From NCBI GenBank assembly GCA_042568575.1, contig JBHPIO010000004.1, positions 1-64,000 of the forward strand: a DNA stretch of 64,000 bases, read 5' to 3'. Origin of the DNA: Patescibacteria group bacterium (GTDB lineage: Bacteria; Patescibacteriota; Gracilibacteria; UBA1369; PNNO01). Below are positions 10,926 through 21,201 of this stretch, piece by piece (position 1 is the first letter of the stretch; each line of letters opens with the position of its first letter). Below the pieces are notes generated by a model, which saw only the letters and a list, made by a program, of their open reading frames with translations, searched no databases and was not told where the DNA came from. Position numbers and translations under genes: made by a program.

Positions 10926-12118
10926 TAATGTTTTCTATTAAAATATTCATAAAATTTGCCCACCACATAGGCTTTTTCCTCCTCGGTTAAATACTGATGA
11001 GAACCAATGTAAAATCCGCTTTCTACCATCTTCTTCGTAACCGGATAGTCACTCAAAATTTCTCCATACATATCTTTATAAAAAGGTTGATTAACAACCG
11101 TTGGTAAATCTCGTGTTTCGATTGATGCATTTTCCAGGAAATTTGTTATCTCCGTTTTAGTTTCATTTTTCATAACGATCGGGTACATCATGAAATTGTG
11201 ATCACGATCATTAGGTGTATGTGGCAATTGCAAAACATCTGTTAAACCAAATAAATTCTCACTATAATACTGCGCATTTTCTCTTCTTGCCTTAATAATC
11301 TCGTCTTTTTGATCCAACTGACCAAGGCCAATAGCAGCTTCGAGTTCAGTAGCTCGAAAGCTGTATCCCATTCTCACGAAAGAAAATCGTTTATCAATAA
11401 CTTCGGAAAGTTCCTCCTTTGTTTTTCCTTTGTCATCATCAATCGAAAGATATATTGAATCTCTTCCATGATTAACCGCACTTCGAATAATCACTGCAAG
11501 ATTAGGATTGTTTGTTGTGCAAATTCCACCAACACCTGTTACCAAAAAATGTGCAATGTAAGTCGAAAAACAACCAACATCTCCTAACGAACCAACAGAT
11601 TTCCCCTTATACTCAGCAAACATTGTTTCGCATGAATCCTCAACAATTTTCAAATTATGCTTATCTGCCAAAGCAAGAATAGGATCCATATCACATGCCA
11701 TCCCAAAAAGATGCACGGGAATAATCGCCCTGGTTTTGTCAGTAATTTTTTGTTCAATTTTTGATGCATCGATGTTGTAAGTATCAGCATCTGAATCAAC
11801 AAAAATCGGCTTTAAATTAAGCTGTAAAATTATATTACTTGTAGCAATAAACGTAGCCGACGGCACAATCACTTCATCACCATCATTCCATTTGTGAACT
11901 TCTTTGAGGGCTGCAAGAGCAACGAGAAGTGCACTCGTTCCGCTGTTTAAAAATATTGCATATTTACAGCCGTGCTCGTTTGCAAACCTCTTTTCAAAAT
12001 CTTTTGTGAAAGGACCATAAGAAAGTCTGTTCGAGGCAATCACCTTTTCCAAGTACTTTTTTTCATTACTCGAAAGCCTTATATCTCCAACTCCGATTTG
12101 TTTTCTTTGGTCAGTCAT
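10925..12118 (-). CDS. DegT/DnrJ-family PLP enzyme with His at the catalytic Lys position (ColD-like dehydratase candidate)
   Basis: NSGTSAL, PVHLFG, EDSCE, FSTYIAH; lies between gmd and fcl. Confidence 0.7.
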   Translation of the reverse strand: MTDQRKQIGVGDIRLSSNEKKYLEKVIASNRLSYGPFTKDFEKRFANEHGCKYAIFLNSGTSALLVALAALKEVHKWNDGDEVIVPSATFIATSNIILQLNLKPIFVDSDADTYNIDASKIEQKITDKTRAIIPVHLFGMACDMDPILALADKHNLKIVEDSCETMFAEYKGKSVGSLGDVGCFSTYIAHFLVTGVGGICTTNNPNLAVIIRSAVNHGRDSIYLSIDDDKGKTKEELSEVIDKRFSFVRMGYSFRATELEAAIGLGQLDQKDEIIKARRENAQYYSENLFGLTDVLQLPHTPNDRDHNFMMYPIVMKNETKTEITNFLENASIETRDLPTVVNQPFYKDMYGEILSDYPVTKKMVESGFYIGSHQYLTEEEKAYVVGKFYEYFNRKH

Positions 12119-12121
12119 AAT

Positions 12122-13186
12122 TTATATAAAAAATGAAGTGTGAAGTCTTTCCGAGTTATTTTCGCGCTCTATATCAGCCTTAACCATCATTTCAACCAAC
12201 TCATTAAATTTAACTTTTGGCTCCCACTTAAGCTTTTTCTTGGCTTTAATAGGATCACCAATTAGCAACTCAACCTCAGCAGGCCGAAAATATCTCTTAT
12301 CTATATCAACAATCACTTTGCCCGTTTTCTTATCAATATATTTTTCTTCAATACCTTTTTTCCCATTCGATTCAATATCAAAACCAGCTGTTTCAAATGC
12401 TTTTTCTAAAAATTCACGCACCGAATGTGTTTCTCCGGTTGCAACAACATAATCATCAGGATGGTCTTGTTGAAGCATCATCCACATCATCTCGACGTAA
12501 TCACCTGCAAACCCCCAGTCTCGTTTCGCATCCAAATTCCCTAAAGTTATTTTTTCTTCTTTTCCAGCAAGAATGCGTGCAATACCACGTGTGATTTTTC
12601 TTGTGACAAAAGTTTCACCTCTTCTTGGAGATTCGTGATTAAACAGAATCCCACTACAAGCAAATATGTTGTAACTCTCACGATAATTTACTGTAATCCA
12701 ATGCGCATAAACCTTTGCACAAGCATAAGGACTTCGTGGATAAAATGGTGTTTTTTCGGTTTGTGGAGTCTCTTGTATAAGCCCAAACATTTCACTTGAT
12801 GAGGCTTGATAAAACTTTGCAGGAATATGCGCATCCCTTATCGCTTCTAAAAGTCTTAACGTTCCAGTAGCAACTGTATTAGTTGTGAATTCCGGCGAAT
12901 CAAAACTTACTCGCACATGACTTTGTGCCCCCAAATTATAAATCTCATCTGGTTCAATATTTCTAAAAAGGCGTGCAAGGTTACTTCCGTCAGTTAAATC
13001 GCCGTAATGCAAATGAAGCCTTTTATTTTTGAAAAGAGGATCATCAAAAACATGATCAATTCGTTCAGTGCTAAAAGTGCTGGACCTTCTTATAAGTCCG
13101 TGAACCTCATATCCTTTTGAAAGCAAAAGTTCTGCGAGGTAGCTCCCGTCCTGCCCGGTTATGCCTGTGATTAAGGCTTTCTTCAT
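12122..13186 (-). CDS. gmd: GDP-mannose 4,6-dehydratase
   Basis: [45 protein letters not shown]. Confidence 0.95.
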   Translation of the reverse strand: MKKALITGITGQDGSYLAELLLSKGYEVHGLIRRSSTFSTERIDHVFDDPLFKNKRLHLHYGDLTDGSNLARLFRNIEPDEIYNLGAQSHVRVSFDSPEFTTNTVATGTLRLLEAIRDAHIPAKFYQASSSEMFGLIQETPQTEKTPFYPRSPYACAKVYAHWITVNYRESYNIFACSGILFNHESPRRGETFVTRKITRGIARILAGKEEKITLGNLDAKRDWGFAGDYVEMMWMMLQQDHPDDYVVATGETHSVREFLEKAFETAGFDIESNGKKGIEEKYIDKKTGKVIVDIDKRYFRPAEVELLIGDPIKAKKKLKWEPKVKFNELVEMMVKADIERENNSERLHTSFFI

Positions 13187-13224
13187 GTTGTTAAGTTATA
13201 TAGTTAATGCGGCTCTGAGTGCTA

Positions 13225-14520
13225 CTAATTGGCCGCGAAAAAACGATCAAATTGTTCAATCATGTAATCCATCATTTCCGGAGTGATGCCCGGATAGCAT
13301 CCCACCCAGAAAGTATTTCTCATTACGAAGTCCGTATTTTTTAGTTCACCCACTTTGCGATGTGGCTTGCCCAAAAAGTACGGCTGCTTTGTTATGTTCC
13401 CTGCAAACAAAAGCCTTGTTGCAACCTTGTTATGCTCCAAGAACTGAAGCAAATTCCTTCGCTCGATACCTGCCTCCTCCCTTAACGAGAGTGGAAAACC
13501 GAACCAGCTTGGTTCCGAATTGTCCGTTGCTTCTGGAAGAATGAGGCGCTCGGCATGTTTTTGTAACCCGCCAAAAAGGTGCTCAAAGTTTTCCTTTCTT
13601 TTTGCAATGAACCCCTGAAGTCTCTTGAGCTGAGCCACGCCGAGCGCCGCCTGCATATCAGTAATTTTCAGATTATAACCAGTATCCGAATACACATATT
13701 TATGATCATACCCCTCAGGCAACTCCCCAAGCTTCCATCTAAACCTCTTAGTACAATTATTATCCTGACCTGTCCTGCACCAACAATCCCTCCCCCAATC
13801 ACGAATAGAGCGAATAACTTTGTCGAGCAGCGCATTATTGGTAACAACAGCACCACCTTCCCCCATCGTAATATGATGAGCTGGATAAAAACTAAATGTC
13901 GCCATATCACCAAAAGTCGCAGTCAATTCCCCATCATAAGTCGAACCGAGCGCATCACAATTGTCTTCAATAAGCCACAAATTGTGCTTGTCGCAAACCT
14001 CCCGCACAACCTTCAAATTAAAAGGATTACCCAAAGTGTGAGCCAAGAACACCGCCTTCGTTTTATCCGTAATAGCCTCCTCAAATCCCGCCACATCAAT
14101 GTTGTAAGTAGGAACTTCGACATCTACAAAAACCGGCACACATCCATTTTGAATAATAGGATTAACGGTCGTTGGAAAACTCGCCGCCACTGAAATCACT
14201 TCGTCACCAAGACGCAAACGTCGCTCACCCAGTTTCTCCGAACACAAAGCGCTAAACGCCAACAAATTCGCCGACGAACCCGAGTTAGTTGTTAAAGCAA
14301 ATTTAACTCCCAAATACTCTGCTAAACTTTTTTCAAACTCATCATTAAAACGTCCTTCAGTCCACCATCCGTCCAAAACTGCATCGGTCATCGCAAGCAT
14401 TTCCTCTTCACCAAATACTTTTCCTGACGCAGGTATATAAGTTTCTCCAGGCACAAATTCCTTCACCCCAAAGCGCTTTTTATATTCCTTTTTTACTGAA
14501 TCTTCCCAAGTACGACTCAT
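13225..14520 (-). CDS. rfbH: CDP-4-keto-6-deoxyglucose 3-dehydrase (E1, RfbH/DdhC)
   Basis: NSGSSANL, AHTLGNPF, EDNCDALG, SFYPAHHITMGEGG, WGRDCWC..C Fe-S motif, YDHKY. Confidence 0.92.
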   Translation of the reverse strand: MSRTWEDSVKKEYKKRFGVKEFVPGETYIPASGKVFGEEEMLAMTDAVLDGWWTEGRFNDEFEKSLAEYLGVKFALTTNSGSSANLLAFSALCSEKLGERRLRLGDEVISVAASFPTTVNPIIQNGCVPVFVDVEVPTYNIDVAGFEEAITDKTKAVFLAHTLGNPFNLKVVREVCDKHNLWLIEDNCDALGSTYDGELTATFGDMATFSFYPAHHITMGEGGAVVTNNALLDKVIRSIRDWGRDCWCRTGQDNNCTKRFRWKLGELPEGYDHKYVYSDTGYNLKITDMQAALGVAQLKRLQGFIAKRKENFEHLFGGLQKHAERLILPEATDNSEPSWFGFPLSLREEAGIERRNLLQFLEHNKVATRLLFAGNITKQPYFLGKPHRKVGELKNTDFVMRNTFWVGCYPGITPEMMDYMIEQFDRFFAAN

Positions 14521-15500
14521 TGATTAATCGAGTTAGCAAAATAAAAATCGCGATACCATTCAATCGTATCTTTCAAAGCTCCCTTTAATTTGTAAGACGG
14601 CTCCCATCCCAAAACTCTTGTAGCCTTTTCATGACTCAAATACTGCTCTGGAATCTCGTTTTTCGCATCATTTAGAATGCTGTATTTAATCGATCCTCCC
14701 ATCGCCGCTCCAACCTTATCAACCACTTCAATAACATTCATCTTTTCGTCACTTCCAAAATTAAACGCTTCACCTTTCGATTTTTCTATCTGCTCTGCAA
14801 GCACCAAGTAACCCTTCACAACATCCTTCACATAAACATATTCGCGAATAAATTTTCCGTCACTTCTTATGTCCAAATCATCATCAAAAAGTCCCGCCTT
14901 AATTGCACCCGGAATTATTCTATTAAAATTCATGTCTCCTGGCCCATAAATATTCCCAAATCGAGAAACAGTAACAGGCACCCCATAAGTATTAAAATAC
15001 ATTTTACATATCAAATCTGTACACGACTTCGAAGCATCATAAGGGTGATCGCCTTCCAGCCTGTCCGTCTCAACATAAGGCAGTTTTTTACTTTTTCCAT
15101 AAGCTTTGTCGCTCGAAGCAACTACCATGGCTTTCACCTTCGGATAATATCTTGCCGCTTCCAACAAATAAGCTGTCCCCATTATATTCGTCTCCAAAGT
15201 TTCAATCGGATTATGAAAAGCCGTCGGAACAATTGCCTGCGCACCAATGTGAAAAATTACATCGATTTCATGTTTAGTCACTGCATCAAAAACCCGCTTC
15301 CGATCCTTCAAATCACAATCCACCAGCACTACTTTCTTATCTAGCCCCTTGCTCATAAAGTACGACTTCGAATCACGACTTCTTGAAGGAATAACTACAT
15401 AAGCACCAAGATTCACCAACACCTCTGTTAGATGACTTCCGACAAGCCCATAGCCTCCAGTGACAAGTACATTTTTATTTTTCCAAAATTCTTTATTCAT
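14517..15500 (-). CDS. rfbG: CDP-glucose 4,6-dehydratase-like SDR
   Basis: FWKNKNVLVTGG, AQAIV, SSDKAY, PYDASK, GNIYGPGD; adjacent to rfbH. Confidence 0.7.
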   Translation of the reverse strand: MNKEFWKNKNVLVTGGYGLVGSHLTEVLVNLGAYVVIPSRSRDSKSYFMSKGLDKKVVLVDCDLKDRKRVFDAVTKHEIDVIFHIGAQAIVPTAFHNPIETLETNIMGTAYLLEAARYYPKVKAMVVASSDKAYGKSKKLPYVETDRLEGDHPYDASKSCTDLICKMYFNTYGVPVTVSRFGNIYGPGDMNFNRIIPGAIKAGLFDDDLDIRSDGKFIREYVYVKDVVKGYLVLAEQIEKSKGEAFNFGSDEKMNVIEVVDKVGAAMGGSIKYSILNDAKNEIPEQYLSHEKATRVLGWEPSYKLKGALKDTIEWYRDFYFANSINQ

Positions 15501-15510
15501 AATTGATTAG

Positions 15511-16365
15511 TTAATTTTTATATAGTTGAGACAAGACCCGCATACCCTCATGCATATCAGTACGAGGTTTCCACTTCAAAATTCTTCGCGCTTTCTCAGT
15601 GCTTAAGCTCCATTCTTCCGCTTCTCCTTTACGAACCTGCTCTTCACTTAGACGAATATTTCCGCTCGATTTTGTAATACTCTTGATTTGCTCAGCTATT
15701 TCCGAAGGATAATGATTCTGTATATCACCAATATTAATTATCTGATTAGCCGCCTCTTCACTCGCCATGACTTTTCTAATTGCATCAATCAAGTCATCAA
15801 TATAAATAAAATCTCTCTTTTGAGAATCCGCATTCAATACAACTTCTTTATTTCGTATGAGCTCTCTAAACAAATAAGGAATCAATCGTTCTTCTTTTTG
15901 CCCAAATCCATAAACATAAGAGACTCTCAACACTGTGTAAGGCATGTCATAAAGCCGCCCATATAATTTACAATAATGCTCGCTACACAATTTTGAAATC
16001 GCATAAGGCGATGTTGGATCAGGCAACATTTCCTCAGAATACGGGGGCTTGTTATTTCCATAAACTTCTTCTGTACTAAAAAATATAAATCGCTTCACGC
16101 CTTTATCTTTTACCGCCTCAAGCAAATTCACTGTCCCAAGGATATTTTCATCAATTGTTTTTTTCGCCTTCTCGTAAGACTTTTCTAAATTCACGTGAGA
16201 ACCTAAATGTAGTACATAATCAATTTTTTCTTCTTTTATTTCCTCACATAATTCGTCGAAATCAGTTGTTTTACAAAAAAGCGGCACAATATTATATCCA
16301 TGTAGCTTTTCGCATACATGCTTTCCAATAAAACCATTCGCACCTGTAATTAATACATTCTCCAT
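15511..16365 (-). CDS. NAD-dependent epimerase/reductase (possible CDP-dideoxyhexose synthase)
   Basis: TGANGFIG, PYAISK, RDFIYIDD. Confidence 0.8.
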   Translation of the reverse strand: MENVLITGANGFIGKHVCEKLHGYNIVPLFCKTTDFDELCEEIKEEKIDYVLHLGSHVNLEKSYEKAKKTIDENILGTVNLLEAVKDKGVKRFIFFSTEEVYGNNKPPYSEEMLPDPTSPYAISKLCSEHYCKLYGRLYDMPYTVLRVSYVYGFGQKEERLIPYLFRELIRNKEVVLNADSQKRDFIYIDDLIDAIRKVMASEEAANQIINIGDIQNHYPSEIAEQIKSITKSSGNIRLSEEQVRKGEAEEWSLSTEKARRILKWKPRTDMHEGMRVLSQLYKN

Positions 16366-16368
16366 ATA

Positions 16369-17127
16369 TTAAGTTAGATTAATAATATCCGCCCATCTAG
16401 CTTTCTTGTCCGCCCACATCCCATTTAGCAGTTCGTTTTCCTTCACCGTATCCATTCCACTCCAAAAGCCAGTGTGCTTGTATCCATAAAACTCATTCAT
16501 TTTTGCAAGCTTGGTGATCATTCCTCTCGAAAAATCAGAATCAACCAAATCCCAATGTCTAAAAATCTCTTTGTTAAATAGCAGACTTCCTGCATTCGTC
16601 CACATATTGAAAAACGTTGGCTTTTCCTCATAGTTAAACGAATAATTGTCATCATCAAGATGCATAATTCCATACGCAGTCCTCAAAGGAATCACAAGCA
16701 TTGCTGCCATTTTTTTTCTTTGTTTAAAAGCATCATACATATCTGCAAAATTCGCGTTATGCAAAACATCCGCATAATTCAAAAAGAAATCATCACTTAT
16801 CACGTCCTTAACTTTCCACAATCTTTCAGCAGTATTGGTTTCCTCACCTGTGTCGATACATTGAAGATTCAAATCTGGATCTAAATTTTCAAAATGATTA
16901 ATTATATGTTCTTTTTTATGACCAACACATAATTTGAAATTCTTAAATCCACATTTCTGATAATTTCGAATGATATGCTCAAGAACCGGCTTCTCTCCAA
17001 TCGGAACCATGGGCTTTGGAATGTCTGCAGTAAGCGGATACATACGAGTACCTTTACCACCACACAAAATCACGACATCAATGTTTTTATTGTTGTCCGG
17101 TGCTCCACGGTCCTGATTGTAAACCAT
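16369..17127 (-). CDS. rfbF: sugar-1-phosphate nucleotidyltransferase (RfbF-like)
   Basis: VILCGGKGTR, PKPMVPIG, DTGEETNT, HTGFWSGMDT. Confidence 0.7.
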   Translation of the reverse strand: MVYNQDRGAPDNNKNIDVVILCGGKGTRMYPLTADIPKPMVPIGEKPVLEHIIRNYQKCGFKNFKLCVGHKKEHIINHFENLDPDLNLQCIDTGEETNTAERLWKVKDVISDDFFLNYADVLHNANFADMYDAFKQRKKMAAMLVIPLRTAYGIMHLDDDNYSFNYEEKPTFFNMWTNAGSLLFNKEIFRHWDLVDSDFSRGMITKLAKMNEFYGYKHTGFWSGMDTVKENELLNGMWADKKARWADIINLT

Positions 17128-17136
17128 TAAAATAAG

Positions 17137-18144
17137 TTAATTACGAATAGAAACTGCCGACTTTAAAGTCACAGTTGTATATGCAAGAAAAAACAGAAAA
17201 CACGCATAAGGATGAATAAACCATGCGAAATCTCTTTTATGCACAAATCCCTTTATACTGTCGTACAAGGGCTTAACAAAAGTAACCGAATACAAACAAA
17301 ATTTTAAAAGATTAAAGACATCCTTCTTATTTTTTGGATCAAAAAGTTTATATCTTCTTCTTTCCCCCAATTTTTGTGAATGCATATTAAAATACGAAAG
17401 CCGTTTTTTAAGAAGTCCCTTAAACGACCCTCCAGTTTTATGCCATATCGAATCCTTCACTATTGCAATACGATCATGTCCCTTTTCAAGAAGATCATAA
17501 ATTACATCAATATGAAAAAAGTCTTCACCTTCATGCCTTGCCTTCAAAAGAACCTCACGTTTTATTAAAAATCCATTACATCCAACTGTAGGAAATTTCT
17601 CGCCTGACAGTTTAATAACCAAATAATTCTCTTTATCCTCAACTACATCCGTCTGGTACCATTTTTTTTCATAATTTTTTAGACGATCTGCCTTGTTTAA
17701 GTAAAGTGCAACAGGGTCATTCACACCAAAAAGCGCACAATACCTGTTATACAAGCTGTCATCTTCTTTATAGTGATAATACATCGGCTGAACAGCAAAA
17801 ATCTCTTCATTTTCTAAAAATGGCTGCACCATCTGCATAAGCCAATCTTCATGCTGCAAAATATTATCAGCATCAATAAACACAATAATCTCGTTTTTTG
17901 CCTTTCTAATGCCAACGCCCCGCCGCGCCTCTTGGTTATCCCTATATCCACCATTAAAAAATTCACACCCGTATTTTTGTGCAAGCTCCTCAGTATTATC
18001 AGAAGAACCCCCATCAACGATAAGATGTTCGATTTTGTCTTTTGGGTAAGTCTGTTCTTTTAGAGACTGGAGGGTTTCTTCAAGAATCGCGTCAGCGTTT
18101 AGAGTTACCGTTATTACCGATAAATAGGGCAAATTGACTTGCAT
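17137..18144 (-). CDS. glycosyltransferase family 2
   Basis: IVDGGSSDNT, FIDADN, C-terminal TM. Confidence 0.85.
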   Translation of the reverse strand: MQVNLPYLSVITVTLNADAILEETLQSLKEQTYPKDKIEHLIVDGGSSDNTEELAQKYGCEFFNGGYRDNQEARRGVGIRKAKNEIIVFIDADNILQHEDWLMQMVQPFLENEEIFAVQPMYYHYKEDDSLYNRYCALFGVNDPVALYLNKADRLKNYEKKWYQTDVVEDKENYLVIKLSGEKFPTVGCNGFLIKREVLLKARHEGEDFFHIDVIYDLLEKGHDRIAIVKDSIWHKTGGSFKGLLKKRLSYFNMHSQKLGERRRYKLFDPKNKKDVFNLLKFCLYSVTFVKPLYDSIKGFVHKRDFAWFIHPYACFLFFLAYTTVTLKSAVSIRN

Positions 18145-18317
18145 ACAAAAAGAAAGAAAGGAGAAAAGGCTGGGAGAATTGTAGCAAGAAAAAAGATTCC
18201 TATGCGGAAATTTTATGAAAAGTTTAGGATCAGTTCATAAAAATTTAATAACACCTCTGTATTATAGATCAGTGATAATGGGAGCACTATCCATCAGTAA
18301 TCCCTAACTTTTTTATT

Positions 18318-19088
18318 ATGAAGTCTCAGAAAGAAACAAGGCGCTCTACGGTGTTCTTGTTGGGGCGCAAACTTGCGGGAGCGGCGTGCTTTATAGCAAT
18401 CGCTTTAACAGTTACTATGTTAGCTGATTTCGCAGGAATGATCAATGTTGATGTAACATTTGGTTATGGGGGTGGAGGAGGAGGAAGTAGACGTGTAACA
18501 AGTTCAACTTCAACCACAACGACCACTACTGCCGACACTGGATCAGTACTTGGTGAAAAAATTGTCTTCGCAGACATTGCAACTCACTGGGCAGAAGAAT
18601 ACATCAGTGATCTTGCTGACGTAGGGGTTGTTGAAGGACGCTCGGAAGGTAAGTACGAACCAAACGAATACCTAACTCGTGGAGAAGCAGTAAAAATTGC
18701 TCTTGGTATTTTAGGAATCGAAGTTGATTATGCTTTAACTTCTTCATTTGATGATGTTGCATACGGCTCATGGTACGCACCTTACGTAGCTACCGCTGAA
18801 CAACATGGTCTTATCCAAGGATACGACGATGGCACATTTAAACCAGGATCAAACATCAACCGTGCAGAAATCATGAAAATTTTCCTTGAAGGAAAAGATT
18901 TAGATTTAACTGCAAGTGCCGAAGCAGACTTCTCAGATGTTGAAAAAGATGCTTGGTACACGCCATACTTCAGTTTCGCAGCTGAAAACGGAATTATTGA
19001 AGGATACACCGATGGAACTGTAAGACCTGGAAACAATATTTACCGTGGTGAAATGGCAAAGATTGCTTCACTGGTAATGGATCTGTAA
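18318..19088 (+). CDS. S-layer homology (SLH) domain protein
   Basis: N-terminal TM, Gly and Thr/Ser linker, three SLH repeats (F.D...HW/WY...G..DG.F.P....R.E). Confidence 0.88.
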   Translation: MKSQKETRRSTVFLLGRKLAGAACFIAIALTVTMLADFAGMINVDVTFGYGGGGGGSRRVTSSTSTTTTTTADTGSVLGEKIVFADIATHWAEEYISDLADVGVVEGRSEGKYEPNEYLTRGEAVKIALGILGIEVDYALTSSFDDVAYGSWYAPYVATAEQHGLIQGYDDGTFKPGSNINRAEIMKIFLEGKDLDLTASAEADFSDVEKDAWYTPYFSFAAENGIIEGYTDGTVRPGNNIYRGEMAKIASLVMDL

Positions 19089-19114
19089 AGAAAGTCTCTC
19101 TTGTTAAAATATGT

Positions 19115-19152
19115 AAAATGGCGAAGTACTAACCTACTTCGCCATTTTCTTT
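19115..19152 (+). terminator. intrinsic terminator
   Basis: AAAATGGCGAAGT/ACTTCGCCATTTT perfect inverted repeat followed by a T-rich tail. Confidence 0.75.
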
Positions 19153-19212
19153 GATGTAAAAATTTTTTCCTTTATAATTCGAATCGAAACCTTATCTCCA
19201 ATCTCCTACTAT

Positions 19213-20406
19213 ATGCCTTCCAAAATCATACCCTCAAGACGCACAGAAAACGTTACATATGCAGTTCGTGACATTGTTGTACTTGCGCAAAAGACAAAGG
19301 AAACAGGCAAAGAAATGCTGTGGCTCAATATAGGCGACCCACTTAAATATGACTTTGAAACTCCTGTTCACATGATCGAAGCCGTTTCAAAAGCTATGCG
19401 AGAAGGCCACAACGGATACTCTGCATCATCAGGAACAGACGAGGCAATTGCAGCAATCAGAAAAGAGGCAGAAAAAGCAAAAATCGGAAGTATTCGTGAT
19501 ATTTTAATAACAAACGGTGGAAGCGAAGCTATAGAAATCGGCCTAACATCACTTTTAAACCCGGGAGATAACATCCTGACTCCAAACCCAGGATATCCTT
19601 TATATGAAGCGATTATAAACAAGCTAGAAGCGGAAGAAAATCAATATGAACTCGATGAAGAAAATGGTTGGCAGCCAGATATAAATGATATTGAATCCAA
19701 AATTAACGATAAGACCAAAGGAATTGTAGTCATCAATCCAAATAATCCAACCGGCTCTGTTTGTCACAAAGACACCCTTTTGCAAATAATTGAACTGGCT
19801 CGAAAACATAATCTAGTAATTTTCAGTGATGAAATTTACGACAAATTAATTTTCGACGGGAAAGAATACACTTCAATTGCCTCATTGGCCGACGATGTCT
19901 GCTTTGTGACTTTAAACGGTTTATCAAAATCATACCTTGTCCCAGGATGGCGCTTAGGATGGGCGATAATCAGCGGACCACAAGAGTTGTGCGGAAATTA
20001 CGTGGAAGCTTATAATAAATTCACTCGTGCACGACTATGTTCAAATCACCCAATGCAATTTGCAATTAAACCCGCGCTTGAAGGACCACAAGACCACATT
20101 GCACACGCAATTCAAAAGCTCGAAAAAAGACGTGACATTTGTATGGAAATCCTGAATTCAATAGACGGCATAAGCTGCGTTAGCCCTGAGGGTGCATTCT
20201 ATGCTTTTCCTCGACTTGAAAGAGATTTGGATGACAAAGAGTGGGTGGAAGGACTCATAAGTGAAACAGGAGTGGTTACGGTCCATGGAAGTGGATTCGG
20301 ACAAAAAGCCGGAACGCATCATTTCAGGATCGTTCTTTTACCGGATGAACAAACACTTGAGAAGGCATGTTTGAACATCAAGGAATATATGAAGAAATTC
20401 TCGTAA
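19213..20406 (+). CDS. class I/II PLP aminotransferase (AlaA/AlaT-like)
   Basis: LNIGDP, INPNNPTG, SDEIYD, NGLSKSY..PGWRLGW, PEGAFY. Confidence 0.9.
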   Translation: MPSKIIPSRRTENVTYAVRDIVVLAQKTKETGKEMLWLNIGDPLKYDFETPVHMIEAVSKAMREGHNGYSASSGTDEAIAAIRKEAEKAKIGSIRDILITNGGSEAIEIGLTSLLNPGDNILTPNPGYPLYEAIINKLEAEENQYELDEENGWQPDINDIESKINDKTKGIVVINPNNPTGSVCHKDTLLQIIELARKHNLVIFSDEIYDKLIFDGKEYTSIASLADDVCFVTLNGLSKSYLVPGWRLGWAIISGPQELCGNYVEAYNKFTRARLCSNHPMQFAIKPALEGPQDHIAHAIQKLEKRRDICMEILNSIDGISCVSPEGAFYAFPRLERDLDDKEWVEGLISETGVVTVHGSGFGQKAGTHHFRIVLLPDEQTLEKACLNIKEYMKKFS

Positions 20407-20427
20407 TACTTAAGTACTCGGAGCACA

Positions 20428-20850
20428 ATGAGCGCTAAAAAAAGACCAGTTATCTTTGAGAGAGGTAAAGTTATTGGAACAGATACTCCTACTAGTGAGT
20501 TGCCAATAGTTGAACCAGAGCAAGAATCTACGTTTCCTCAAACTGAAAAAATAATCAACGTAACTTACATAAGAGCCAAAACTGCCAGTGCAGCAGGACT
20601 GGCTAATCGTGCTTTTAATAAGCTTACACAGGAACCACGGCACGCAGATACAATCCCTGTACACAGGAAAGCTTTTAATACCTTGCTGGCACTTGCAAAA
20701 GATTTCCCAAATACTGAATTCCCAAAGCAGCTTGGACTATGCATTAGAATTCTCAAAAATTTCCTTAGCGATTCATTACCAAAAGGAGTTGCCCCTTTGA
20801 TTGATAAAGCCAATACAATATTGCGAGAAGAAATCCAACCAAAACTTTAA
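20428..20850 (+). CDS. hypothetical protein
   Basis: 140-aa ORF filling the gap, co-directional with neighbours. Confidence 0.55.
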   Translation: MSAKKRPVIFERGKVIGTDTPTSELPIVEPEQESTFPQTEKIINVTYIRAKTASAAGLANRAFNKLTQEPRHADTIPVHRKAFNTLLALAKDFPNTEFPKQLGLCIRILKNFLSDSLPKGVAPLIDKANTILREEIQPKL

Positions 20851-20906
20851 ATCTTTACAAGTTGCGAATTGCAAAGTAGACTTTAGTTCGCCCGTAAATA
20901 TACCGT

Positions 20907-20999
20907 GGAGAGGTACTCAAGTGGCTGAAGAGGCGGGTTTGCTAAACCTGTAGGGTGACTTATGTTGCCGCGGGGGTTCGAATCCCCCCCTCTCCGCCA
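20907..20999 (+). tRNA. tRNA-Ser(GCT)
   Basis: GGAGAGG/CCTCTCC acceptor stem, GCT anticodon, long variable arm, GGTTCGAATCC T-arm, encoded CCA. Confidence 0.95.
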
Positions 21000-21003
21000 G
21001 TAT

Positions 21004-21123
21004 AATAGCGAGTCTTGTGATCCGAAACGAAAGGAATACGAGCTCCGCGAGCTCTTCCTGGAGTGAAGGACAAAATCACGTACAAATTGAAAATTTGATA
21101 GTGATTTTGAACAAGACCCTATT
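21004..21123 (+). repeat. multi-hairpin structured element downstream of the tRNA
   Basis: Nested inverted repeats GTCTTGT/ACAAGAC, AGGAA/TTCCT, GAGCTC/GAGCTC, CAAAATCAC/GTGATTTTG, CAAATT/AATTTG. Confidence 0.6.
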
Positions 21124-21201
21124 GCAAGACTAAGTTTGCTTCCATTTGTAAAACATTCAACGAGACGTTATTATCATCGTAGTATTTTAAACTTACTTAC
21201 T

